Program-made: the position numbers and the translations under genes
Assembly: GCA_963555755.3 (NCBI GenBank)
Contig: OY820905.2
Location: 3,136,001 to 3,200,000 of the forward strand
Length of the DNA stretch: 64,000 bases
Direction: 5' to 3'
Source: Nitrospirales bacterium
Lineage (GTDB): Bacteria > Nitrospirota > Nitrospiria > Nitrospirales > UBA8639
Shown here: positions 1 through 8,791 of the stretch, one piece after another
Numbering within the stretch: position 1 is the first letter of the stretch
Layout: each line of letters begins with the position of its first letter
The notes under the pieces: generated by a model
Told to the model about the DNA's origin: nothing
Database searches by the model: none
Seen by the model: only the letters and a program-made list of their open reading frames with translations

Positions 1-446
1 CGGTTCGGACGGATCATATCCTTTTCATCGCCGCAGGCGCGTTTCATGCGGCCAAGCCGTCAGACCTGATTCCGGAGTTGCAAGGCCGGTTTCCAATCCG
101 AGTTGAATTAGAGGCCCTGACAAAAGAGGATCTGGTTCGGATCTTAACGGAACCTCAAAGCGCTCTCGTGAAGCAATATAAAGCTTTGCTGGGAACTGAA
201 GGTATCACGCTTGAGTTCACGAAAGATGGCGTTGAAGAAATTGCCGCCACCGCCGTCGAGGTCAATGATCGAACGGAAAACATTGGCGCACGACGGTTAT
301 TCACCATTGTGGAGCGGTTGTTAGAAGATGTGTCCTTTGACGCTCAAGAACTGATTGAGAAAAAAGTGGTCATTGATGCAGCCTATGTCACAGGGCATTT
401 GAGCGATATTGTGAAGGATCAGGATCTGAGCCGGTACATCCTGTAG
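1..446 (+). CDS. hslU: ATP-dependent protease ATPase subunit HslU (3' part, runs off window)
   Basis: [18 protein letters not shown] and C-terminal DLSRYIL are diagnostic HslU motifs. Confidence 0.96.
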   Translation, partial: VRTDHILFIAAGAFHAAKPSDLIPELQGRFPIRVELEALTKEDLVRILTEPQSALVKQYKALLGTEGITLEFTKDGVEEIAATAVEVNDRTENIGARRLFTIVERLLEDVSFDAQELIEKKVVIDAAYVTGHLSDIVKDQDLSRYIL

Positions 447-450
447 AGGG

Positions 451-534
451 ACGTAATGCGTAATCCGTAAAGCGTAAAGCGTAAAGCGTGAAAACATTTT
501 TTCGCTTCCTGCATAACGGATCACGCATCACGAT
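451..534. repeat. 7-nt-period inverted repeat element after hslU
   Basis: acgtaat gcgtaat ccgtaaa gcgtaaa gcgtaaa gcgtgaa ... taacgga tcacgca tcacgat. Confidence 0.85.
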
Positions 535-545
535 TCTAAAAAGCC

Positions 546-1439
546 ATGGAACGATTAATTAAAAAAGCCGATGTGCTCGTTGAGGCGTTGCCGTATATCC
601 GAACGTTTGCGGGAAAGACCATCGTGATTAAATACGGTGGGAAAGCCATGACGGAGGATAATCTGAAAGACGGCTTTGCGGAAGACGTGGTGCTGATGAA
701 GTATGTTGGGCTCAATCCCGTGATCGTTCATGGAGGCGGACCACAGATTAATGAAATGCTTTCTCGTTTAGGCATTCAGCCGACTTTTAAACGCGGCGTT
801 CGAGTGACGGATCGAGCGACCATGGATGTGGTGGAAATGGTCTTGGGTGGAAAAATCAACAAAGAAATCGTGACTATGCTCAACCAGCATGGCGGGCGGG
901 CCGTTGGCATTACCGGCAAAGACGGAAGGTTAATCCTCAGTAAACCCTTTAGTGCGAAGGCTTGGGTTCAGGGGCTCAGCCAAGAGGCACAGAGTCATTC
1001 TGATGAAGATTATGGGTTTGTGGGCGAAGTGGATAAAATTGATCCGGCAATCCTGACCATGCTTCAGCAGGATAATTTCATTCCGGTCATCGCGCCAATT
1101 GGTGTTGATCGTAATGGTAAGCCGCATAATATCAATGCCGATCTTGTAGCCGGTGCCATAGCCGGTGCGTTGAAAGCTGAGAAGCTGTTGGTCCTGACCG
1201 ATGTAAAGGGAATCCGTGATGCGGACAATCGGCATCTCTCCACTCTCTCGAAAAAAGACGTCGAACGAATGGTGAAGAAAGGCACGATTACCGAGGGCAT
1301 GTTGCCTAAAGTCCGATCGTGTTTGAAGGGCATCGAGGCGGGTGTGCACAAAGCGCATATTATCGATGGACGAATCCCTCATGCAATTCTCTTGGAAATT
1401 TTCACAGACAAGGGCATAGGCACGGAAATTGTGGCCTAA
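546..1439 (+). CDS. argB: Acetylglutamate kinase
   Basis: VIKYGG, VHGGGPQI, NINAD, GMLPKV, HIIDGRIPHAILLEIFT motifs. Confidence 0.96.
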   Translation: MERLIKKADVLVEALPYIRTFAGKTIVIKYGGKAMTEDNLKDGFAEDVVLMKYVGLNPVIVHGGGPQINEMLSRLGIQPTFKRGVRVTDRATMDVVEMVLGGKINKEIVTMLNQHGGRAVGITGKDGRLILSKPFSAKAWVQGLSQEAQSHSDEDYGFVGEVDKIDPAILTMLQQDNFIPVIAPIGVDRNGKPHNINADLVAGAIAGALKAEKLLVLTDVKGIRDADNRHLSTLSKKDVERMVKKGTITEGMLPKVRSCLKGIEAGVHKAHIIDGRIPHAILLEIFTDKGIGTEIVA

Positions 1440-1440
1440 G

Positions 1441-1534
1441 ACGTAATGCGTGAACCGTAAAGCGTGATGCGAACAAACAGGCTGTTAAGAAATTTTCCTC
1501 TACGCATGACGCATCACGGATTACGCTTCACGAA
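1441..1534. repeat. 7-nt-period inverted repeat element after argB
   Basis: acgtaat gcgtgaa ccgtaaa gcgtgat ... ctacgca tgacgca tcacgga ttacgct tcacgaa. Confidence 0.85.
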
Positions 1535-1545
1535 AAATCAAACCA

Positions 1546-2184
1546 ATGAAACTCGCGAAATCGCAAAACAGCCCTGATAGTAAGAATCGTTCCGCCATTC
1601 CTCAACCCGATCGGAAGTCCGTTCTTTTATTAGTCCATTTGCAAAATGATTTTTGTCCGGGTGGGGCCTTGGCAGTGACCGAGGGCGATCAAGTCATTCC
1701 CGTTGCCAATGCCTGTATTCGCTTTTTTACTCGTGAGGGGTTTTCAATTGTTGCGACACGGGATTGGCATCCAGAGAACCATTGCTCCTTTCAAGCCCAA
1801 GGCGGACCCTGGCCCCCGCATTGCGTGCAAGGTTCACGGGGCTCTCAATTTCATCCTGATTTGAAAATGGCGCCAGGAACGTTAATTGTGTCGGGAGCCA
1901 CCAATGCTCGACAAGAAGCGTATTCGGGATTCGATGGCACTTCGTTAGAAGATCGCCTTGAAGATTTAGAAGTGCAGACACTGTTTGTGGTAGGACTCGC
2001 TACCGACTATTGCGTGAAGCAAACCGTCCTCGATGCCTGCCGATTGGGATTCCGGGTCGTGGTCTTAGAAGATGGAGTTCGTGGAATCAATGCGCAATCT
2101 GAGGATTCACAAAAAGCCCTCCAAGAGATGCAAGCCGCCGGAGCCATGATCGCAAAATCAACAGATTTGGGGATCTCTCGCTAG
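1546..2184 (+). CDS. pncA: Nicotinamidase/pyrazinamidase-like (isochorismatase family)
   Basis: QNDFCPGGALAV, TRDWHP, WPPHCVQG, YSGF, GLATDYCV. Confidence 0.85.
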   Translation: MKLAKSQNSPDSKNRSAIPQPDRKSVLLLVHLQNDFCPGGALAVTEGDQVIPVANACIRFFTREGFSIVATRDWHPENHCSFQAQGGPWPPHCVQGSRGSQFHPDLKMAPGTLIVSGATNARQEAYSGFDGTSLEDRLEDLEVQTLFVVGLATDYCVKQTVLDACRLGFRVVVLEDGVRGINAQSEDSQKALQEMQAAGAMIAKSTDLGISR

Positions 2185-2233
2185 GAACCTGTTCCAGATT
2201 AGCCGAATCTACTGCGGAGGCGCTGGATTTAGG
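2183..2233. repeat. Truncated copy of the MITE at 34858-35022
   Basis: aggaacctgttccagattagccgaatctactgcggaggcgctggattt aligns with aggagcctgtcccagattagaccgatctactgcgggtgcgctggattt. Confidence 0.75.
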
Positions 2234-2234
2234 T

Positions 2235-2951
2235 TCAATATCCCCAATGCTCATGCCGAACCGGCAGGCGGTTGAGCACCTCACGATAGAACTGCCAATT
2301 GGGCATGAATCGGTCCATTTGCGCAACGAAACGGGCGTTGTGCGTCGGTTCAAGTATGTGAACCATCTCGTGAACCACGATGTATTCAAGGCACTCTTGG
2401 GGTTTCTTTGCGAGGTCGGTGTTGAGGCGAATACTGTGCGTGCCCGAGTTGCAGCTGCCCCACTTGGTTTTCATGCGCTGCACAAAAAACTGCTCTACCT
2501 TCACGCAGATGAGCGGTTCCCATTTTGCGATCAAGAGCGGCACGACTTGCCTGAGCTGGACGCGATACCATTTTGCCACGATAGCCTGCTTCTTGTACTC
2601 ATCGGTTCCCGGACGAACGCGCAGAAGCATCCGGTTGTGCTTCAATTCGACGAACGATGATTGGTCGCTCTCCGAGACCGTGAGCAGGTAGCGCTTTCCC
2701 CAAACATAATGGCTTTCGCGGTTGAGATACTCACGCGGAGTTTCACGTGCTTGTTCGCAGAGTTTTTGCTGTTGGCTCTTGATCCAGCCAAGCTTGGTAA
2801 TGGCAAACACCCGGATGTTGTCGAGGTCCATTCTGAATGGGGCGGAGATTCGTACTTGGCCCGTTGGAGGGTAGACACTCAGGTGAATGTTCTTAATGCC
2901 CTTCTTTACCACATCCACGGTGATTTCACCCAGCTTGATCCGCGTGACCAT
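2235..2951 (-). CDS. M48/YgjP-like (DUF45) metallopeptidase, type I RM-associated
   Basis: MKTKWGSCN, YIVVHEMVH (HExxH), HNARF; directly follows hsdR. Confidence 0.9.
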   Translation of the reverse strand: MVTRIKLGEITVDVVKKGIKNIHLSVYPPTGQVRISAPFRMDLDNIRVFAITKLGWIKSQQQKLCEQARETPREYLNRESHYVWGKRYLLTVSESDQSSFVELKHNRMLLRVRPGTDEYKKQAIVAKWYRVQLRQVVPLLIAKWEPLICVKVEQFFVQRMKTKWGSCNSGTHSIRLNTDLAKKPQECLEYIVVHEMVHILEPTHNARFVAQMDRFMPNWQFYREVLNRLPVRHEHWGY

Positions 2952-5900
2952 CAGTATTCCTTCTGCTGCTTGATGATGAGAAAGATGCGCTCGACCTCAG
3001 CCTCGTTCTGCAAGATTCCATACAAGGCAGCTTTGATCACGCGTTCACGGGCTTGTACGCCCCGCCAGCCGTCGGGTCGGGTGCGCTTGACGGTTTCATC
3101 AATCTTGACCGCAAGTTCCAGCACATTATCGTTTGTCGCGTTCCCATAGGAACCCGTGGACTCTGCGGCAACGCTTGCATCGCCGACAGAGGCTCCCGAT
3201 CCGAGGTTATTATAGAGGGCGCGGCGCCCCGGCGTATTCAATTCTCCTGGCATATCCTCAGCCTGCCCGGCCTCTACTCTGTTGGCCAGTTCAGCGATGT
3301 GTCTCAAGTATTCTTCATATGCGATGGCCTTCGATCTGCGTGACGCAATGATCTCATTCAGCAATGCGGACATCTTGTCATAGTAGGCCGGATCGTTCAG
3401 GTGTTCCTTAATGATCTTGCGGCGAACGTTGTTCTCGATGGTCTCAGCGATGGCGTTCTTATTGCCCTTCAATCCGTCGAGCTGTGTGGCGATGGCATTG
3501 GCAATGCCCGTCTTCACGATCAACTCCAAAAGACCCATGTTATCGAAGGGCGAAATCTTCCTTGGCTCGTCCGCCTCGATGTAAGTGTCGATGAGATGCC
3601 GCATGTCGGCCTCGAAGGCTTTGAGGTCGAGCGTCTCACCACTGGCATTGCGGATGATTTCGCGGAGGTCCAGGTAGTGCTTGAGCTGTTGCTTGATGCG
3701 GTTGATGTCGGCACCGTCATATCCGGCAGCGTCCAGTTCGTCGGCAATGTTAGCGTAAGCGCGCACAAGCGCCACCGTCGCCTTGTAAAGCGCGGCGCGT
3801 TGTGGTTCCCGTTCCTTTAAATCGGCAGCGATCTCCGTGTTGCCGCAAAAGTAGTGGATGTGCTCCAACTCGCCTTTCGGCGGCTCCACGGGTTCGCACA
3901 ACAAGAGGAGAGCCTCCAGCGCGTGGTCGAGCCGTTCTTTTCCTTTCTTGAGGCGATCCTGTAGCAACACCTCAGGATCGGCGCCTCCCGCGCTGCGATC
4001 CAACTCAGTGGTATAGACGGCAATGGCGTTCTCCACCTTCTTGAACAGGTCCTTGTAGTCCACGATGTAGCCGAAATCCTTGTCCTCGCCGTCCAGCCGG
4101 TTGACGCGGCAAATGGCCTGGAACAGGCCGTGGTCCTGCATGGATTTGTCGATGTAGAGATAGGTGCAAGGCGGCGCGTCAAAGCCGGTGAGCAGCTTGT
4201 CCACCACAACGAGCAATTTCATATTCGACGGCTCCTTGGTGAACAGGGCCTTCGCCCACTCTTCGTAGGTCTCCGTCTTGGTCAGGCCCGGCTTGGCTTC
4301 GATGTTTTTTAGCAGCTCCGTGTAGGTGTTGTAGGTGAACTGCTTGTCCGTCTCGGTGTTCGCGCCGACTTCCTCCTTAGTCACGTCCTGGGCCTGTGGG
4401 TTATAGGATGTCACCACTGCGCACATGCCCTTGAACTGGGTCTTCTGAAACAAGGTGAAATACTTGCATGCTTCGTAGATGCTTGACGCCACCAGGAGGG
4501 CATTCCCGCGCTCGCTGGAAAGGCGCGGCTTCACGCTAAAGTCGAACACAATGTCGCTCACCACCCGATCCATCCGTGACTTGGAACTGAGCACGTTCTG
4601 CATCGTACCCCACTTCTGCTTCAGCTCATCCTTCTGCCAGTCGTTCAGTCCCTTGGTCTTGGCTTCAAACCATGCGTCGATCTTATCCACGGAGCCCAGT
4701 CTCTGGTCGATGTCCCGCGCCTCATAAACCAGATCCAGCACAACACCGTCCTCGACGCCCTCGCTGAACTTGTAAGTGTGGATGTAGCCGCCAAAGACCT
4801 CAAGGCTGGTCTGCTTGTCTTTCTTAAGGAGTGGGGTGCCGGTGAAACCGATAAAGACGGCATTGGGCATCATCGCCTTCATCACGCGGTGCAGCCTGCC
4901 GCTCTGCGTGCGGTGGCACTCGTCCACAAAAACGAATACCTCGCCCACCGTCTGACTGGGCTGCGCCTCCAACTCTTTGATGAACGCATCGAAATCATCC
5001 ACGTCTTTCCGACCAAACTTGTGGACGAGTGAGCAGAGCAACCGCGGCGTGGCTTGGCCGAGCTGGCTCATCAGGTCGCGGCCGCTGGTGGTGCGCTTAA
5101 TCGCCTCGCCTGATTCGGTAAAAACTCGCTCGATCTGTTTATCCAGCTCGTCGCGGTCGGTGATGATAGCCACGCGGGCGTTGGGATTGTTCTCCAGAAT
5201 CCACTTGGTCAGCAGTACCATCACGATGCTCTTCCCGCTCCCCTGCGTGTGCCAGATGATGCCGCCCTTCTTTTCTACCACATGGAGTTGAGCAGCCTTC
5301 ACACCGAAATACTGGTGCGTGCGCGGCAGCTTCTTTACACCGCCGTCAAAGAGCACAAAGTCGTGCATCAGCTCGATCAGCCGAGCCTTGCCACACATCT
5401 TGAGCAAATACTTGTCCAGCTTGAAGCGACTGTTGTCGTGCTCGTCTTCCTTCCACTTCAGGAAATACTTCTCCTGCGTGCCGATCGCGCCGTATTGCAA
5501 TCCCTCGGAGTCGTTGCCGGCGAAGATGAACTGCACCGTGCTGAAAAACCATTCATTGAACTCAGGCTGTTGATTGGACAGACTCTGTCGAATGCCGTCG
5601 CCGATGCTCACGCGGCTGTTCTTCAGCTCCAGCACGCCGATGGCAATGCCGTTCACATACAGCACCAGATCGGGCCGCCGCTCATGGTTCCCCTTGAGCG
5701 TCACTTCCTCGGCAATGGCGAAGTCATTCTGCTCAGGCTTCTGCCAATTGATGAGGTGGATGGTCTCCGTGACCTTGCCCGCCTCAATCTTCACCGGCAC
5801 GCCATAGCGCAGCAGTTTGTAGACCTCCTGGTTGTTGCCGTAGAGACTGCGGTTGTGGTTGTCCGCATCGGTGCGAAGTGCATGGATGGCCTTGTTGATC

Positions 5901-6073
5901 TGCGCCAGCTTGTAGTCGGATTTTGTCAGGTAGGCCGTGAGCAATCCTTCTTCAATGTTGCTGTTGCCATCCCGGTCCGTCCAATCACCGAGGTATCGGT
6001 AGCTCAACTCGTCGCGGAACAAAGCGATGACACGGTTCTGCGTGGCGCGTTCAGGTTGGCCGATGGTGCTCAT
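2951..6073 (-). CDS. hsdR: Type I restriction endonuclease subunit R
   Basis: RRPDLVLYVNG..ELK nuclease motif, WHTQGSGKS Walker A, DECHR, GFTGTP, LLTGFDAP, QAICRVNR. Confidence 0.96.
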   Translation of the reverse strand: MSTIGQPERATQNRVIALFRDELSYRYLGDWTDRDGNSNIEEGLLTAYLTKSDYKLAQINKAIHALRTDADNHNRSLYGNNQEVYKLLRYGVPVKIEAGKVTETIHLINWQKPEQNDFAIAEEVTLKGNHERRPDLVLYVNGIAIGVLELKNSRVSIGDGIRQSLSNQQPEFNEWFFSTVQFIFAGNDSEGLQYGAIGTQEKYFLKWKEDEHDNSRFKLDKYLLKMCGKARLIELMHDFVLFDGGVKKLPRTHQYFGVKAAQLHVVEKKGGIIWHTQGSGKSIVMVLLTKWILENNPNARVAIITDRDELDKQIERVFTESGEAIKRTTSGRDLMSQLGQATPRLLCSLVHKFGRKDVDDFDAFIKELEAQPSQTVGEVFVFVDECHRTQSGRLHRVMKAMMPNAVFIGFTGTPLLKKDKQTSLEVFGGYIHTYKFSEGVEDGVVLDLVYEARDIDQRLGSVDKIDAWFEAKTKGLNDWQKDELKQKWGTMQNVLSSKSRMDRVVSDIVFDFSVKPRLSSERGNALLVASSIYEACKYFTLFQKTQFKGMCAVVTSYNPQAQDVTKEEVGANTETDKQFTYNTYTELLKNIEAKPGLTKTETYEEWAKALFTKEPSNMKLLVVVDKLLTGFDAPPCTYLYIDKSMQDHGLFQAICRVNRLDGEDKDFGYIVDYKDLFKKVENAIAVYTTELDRSAGGADPEVLLQDRLKKGKERLDHALEALLLLCEPVEPPKGELEHIHYFCGNTEIAADLKEREPQRAALYKATVALVRAYANIADELDAAGYDGADINRIKQQLKHYLDLREIIRNASGETLDLKAFEADMRHLIDTYIEADEPRKISPFDNMGLLELIVKTGIANAIATQLDGLKGNKNAIAETIENNVRRKIIKEHLNDPAYYDKMSALLNEIIASRRSKAIAYEEYLRHIAELANRVEAGQAEDMPGELNTPGRRALYNNLGSGASVGDASVAAESTGSYGNATNDNVLELAVKIDETVKRTRPDGWRGVQARERVIKAALYGILQNEAEVERIFLIIKQQKEY

Positions 6074-6576
6074 GTCAGCACCTTCCAGTGGCCGCCTTTT
6101 TGGGGTCCGACAAATTTCAAGCGACCGGCCTTGACCAGATTGGCACTAGCGCGTTCAACCGCACTGACAGATTTTCCAATTGCAACAGCTACTTCAGAAA
6201 GCGTCATCTCAGGATTATCCGCGAGTACCTGAAGGATTTTCACCGGCGTTTTCACCGGCGTTTTCACCGGCGTTTTTTCTCCGGATTTATTGGCTCCCGG
6301 CATCTCATATTCTGATGGGAGCATGGGAAAAGCAAACTCGATCCAGAGGCCGTGGCTATCGTAACTGAAGTGAGGAGCGGTATAACCCTGTTCAATACAG
6401 GTGTTGCGGATGAGGTCAATGCCACGGCCCCATGCTTCGATTTTGCCAGCTCGAAAGAAAGCATTTGCGATGTCAGGATTCGCCGGCTGCGATGGATGTT
6501 TGGCAAGGAGTCGTTCCAAAGACCAATCGGGCGGCAGTTGGCCGGGATTCAATTTGATGTGTTGGGATTCTTTCAT
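6070..6576 (-). pseudogene. Internally deleted AlbA_2/Schlafen-HATPase-HTH ATP-binding protein
   Basis: MKESQHI start joined directly to NPGQLPPDWS..NPDIANAFFRAGKIEAWGRG and a C-terminal wHTH (VGPQKGGHWKV); far shorter than the usual family member. Confidence 0.65.
6238..6276. repeat. 12-bp tandem repeat x3 (KTPV)3
   Basis: tttcaccggcgt repeated three times in frame. Confidence 0.9.
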
Positions 6577-7328
6577 ACCATCCATGCCTTCGGGGCAGGT
6601 GTCTGGCGTGTGGGGATGGGCGAATGATTATTCGCCCCTACGAGGGGGGTGTGTAGGGAATTCCGTTCCCATTGTATCGGGTTATCCAGAATATATTGCC
6701 GGATACGATTCAATTCCGTTTCATTCCGAATAATGTGATCCCAATAATTACGTTGCCAGATTTTGGATGAGACAGATCGTTGCCGGTACCATGTTGTCAC
6801 CCCAATTTTGAATCCACGCACCATAGCCCCGATGGTGCGGGCCGTGCCGGTGGGGTGCGGTGGATTGGCGGATGGGGGCGAATTATGTTTTGATTGTATG
6901 GGCAAATGATTATTCGATTGTAGGGGCGAATAATTATTCGCCCCTACGATAATCACGATGCCGTGAATGTGGTTGGGCATGACCACCCATCCGTCCAATT
7001 CAACATTTGGGAAATGATCAGGAATCTGCAACCAGCAATCGGCGGCCGCACGTCCCGCATCATTCAAACCCATCGCGCCCTCCGTGATGGTTCCGAAACG
7101 GCAAAGCCGATTCTGTGCGCAAATGGTAATAAAATAGGCCCCCGCTTGGGAATAATCATAGCCCCGCAACCGAACCGAACGACGGGGTCGCGGCCGATCG
7201 TTATCCGATTGTACGGACGAATGGTTTGTGGGTATGGCCGGATCATTGATGGGTAGGGGCGAATAATTATTCGCCCGAACGGGTATAGGTGATGGAATAG
7301 GCGCCACCCTGGTAATCATGGTTGTCAT
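6573..7328 (-). CDS. REP-associated tyrosine transposase (RAYT / Y1 HUH)
   Basis: RRSVRLRGYDYSQAGAYFITIC, HUH motif MPNHIHGI, WQRNYWDHIIR..YILDNP. Confidence 0.92.
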   Translation of the reverse strand: MTTMITRVAPIPSPIPVRANNYSPLPINDPAIPTNHSSVQSDNDRPRPRRSVRLRGYDYSQAGAYFITICAQNRLCRFGTITEGAMGLNDAGRAAADCWLQIPDHFPNVELDGWVVMPNHIHGIVIIVGANNYSPLQSNNHLPIQSKHNSPPSANPPHPTGTARTIGAMVRGFKIGVTTWYRQRSVSSKIWQRNYWDHIIRNETELNRIRQYILDNPIQWERNSLHTPLVGANNHSPIPTRQTPAPKAWMV

Positions 7329-7595
7329 ATCAATCGAATCCTGCCGGTTACCAATGCGTGCATTATGCCCTGTTTCACCGTGCGGGTGTTGGTTGCCCTT
7401 CCTGCGGTGTTTGCGATGTTCATGATGGGGATGGGCGAATGATGATTCGCCCCTACGGGGATGGATGATGATCGGGGGATTGTTTTGGGCATCATGGGTT
7501 TCATGTCAATCGAATCCGTCCCGATAATCATTCCTGTATCCTGCGATAATTTCGGTGCCCAGGTGGTGTAGGGGCGAATAATTATTCGCCTGAAC
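6614..7595. repeat. GTAG-type REP palindromes, 5 copies (6614-6641, 6920-6947, 7253-7280, 7429-7456, 7568-7595)
   Basis: Perfect 28-bp palindrome gtaggggcgaataattattcgcccctac at 6920-6947; four variants nearby. Confidence 0.93.
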
Positions 7596-7690
7596 GGGTA
7601 TAGGTGATGGAACAGGGATCGCCTTGGTCATCATGATTGTCATATCAATCGAATTTTCCCGGTTAATAATTCCTGCATCATGCCCTGCTT
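7253..7690. repeat. Three tandem diverged units of REP + 44-nt spacer + hsdS 3' tail
   Basis: REP starts 7253/7429/7568, each exactly 72 nt before tcatRtcaatcgaat at 7325/7501/7640. Confidence 0.88.
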
Positions 7691-8791
7691 GAGCTGGCGG
7701 GTTTTGGCCAGCTTGGTTTCCAGCGCGGCGATCTCCGCGTCCATGTCGCTCAGGATGGCGGCGATGGCGGATTGTTCGTCTGGATCAGGTCTGTTGATTT
7801 CGATTGCTTCGATTGTCCGTGCATTGAGGCTCGGAACGCCGGACGCCTCGTTATGTTGTTTCCAGTTGATCAAACAGCACCGATAGAAGATAAACTTGGC
7901 ATGATTGGGTGCATGAACGTCTGAGTAGAAGAGCGTGTCCACCGTCCAGAACGGGGTGTCCATGTATTGAGGTTGGTCAATCGTTCCCTTTCGACCGATC
8001 AGGACAGATGGCTTATCGTAGAGGAAGCGATTCGTCCTGCCAATTTCGCCGCCAGTCGCAAGGATTGGGTAAAGTCCGTCCATAGCTTCCACGTCACGCT
8101 GACTCCTGCCATGGCAGATGGTCAACATTTCCCCCAACCGTTTTATTTCCCACTCCCCGCTGAAGCCCGGTAGGCGCGTTTTGCCGGTGAGGAGTTCCTG
8201 CATGGCGCCTTGTTTGAGGTGGCGTTTTTTGGTGAGGAGTTGCTCCAGGGATTCGATGAGGGCATCCGCATCGCTCAACGCCTCCGCGATGGCTTCTTGT
8301 TCGGGAATGGGAGGCAGGGTGATTGGAAGAGTCTTGACAATTTTGAAACTTAGAGCGGGCATCGCACCGCCAAACATGGATGTTTGGAAGTAATTAAATG
8401 CTTTATCGCTCTTGAGGTATATATACAGAAAGTCTTTTGACAACTTGGAGAGTATTGGCTCAACCTTGAAAAGATTATTTGCCAATACTCCTTGCAGCCC
8501 CCTACCGATAAAGCCTGCGGTGGCCCCATACCGAACGACTACTATATCTTGTTCATTGACAACTTTGTTCCAACACAAATGTGGAGTTATGAATCGGTAA
8601 TCATCAGAGCCTTGGGTATAGTTTTCGATTCGAAGAAATCTTACAAGTCCATCGCTGTAAGAGGCTAATTGCTTGTCTAAATCAACCTGTATTCCTTGCG
8701 TGAAACGGCATACCTCACCTAATTCTTTGGTAATCCACTCCTCCGGAATCACCCCCAACTCGGTCTGCTTGTAGCCGGGTTTCACTTCCAT
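7640..8791 (-). CDS. hsdS: Type I RM specificity subunit S
   Basis: GYKQTELGVIPEEW, LPPIPEQEAIAEALSD, two KQGxMQELLTGK conserved repeats, two TRDs. Confidence 0.95.
   Translation of the reverse strand: MEVKPGYKQTELGVIPEEWITKELGEVCRFTQGIQVDLDKQLASYSDGLVRFLRIENYTQGSDDYRFITPHLCWNKVVNEQDIVVVRYGATAGFIGRGLQGVLANNLFKVEPILSKLSKDFLYIYLKSDKAFNYFQTSMFGGAMPALSFKIVKTLPITLPPIPEQEAIAEALSDADALIESLEQLLTKKRHLKQGAMQELLTGKTRLPGFSGEWEIKRLGEMLTICHGRSQRDVEAMDGLYPILATGGEIGRTNRFLYDKPSVLIGRKGTIDQPQYMDTPFWTVDTLFYSDVHAPNHAKFIFYRCCLINWKQHNEASGVPSLNARTIEAIEINRPDPDEQSAIAAILSDMDAEIAALETKLAKTRQLKQGMMQELLTGKIRLI

Noticed and set aside
5249..6232. 327-aa plus-strand ORF and similar long antisense ORFs (11454-12149, 21822-22502, 60655-61350)
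   Set aside because: Shadow frames of recognised genes on the opposite strand, with no recognisable motifs.
7325..7531. 68-aa ORF as a real gene
   Set aside because: It is a read-through of repeat units (leader + REP + relic hsdS tail).
7253..7690. CRISPR array
   Set aside because: Only three degenerate units, the inter-repeat DNA is mutually homologous rather than unique spacers, and there are no cas genes.
7640..8791. Invertible hsdS shufflon
   Set aside because: No silent TRD copies, no inverted repeats bounding TRDs and no site-specific recombinase; the extra hsdS tails are short and in direct orientation.
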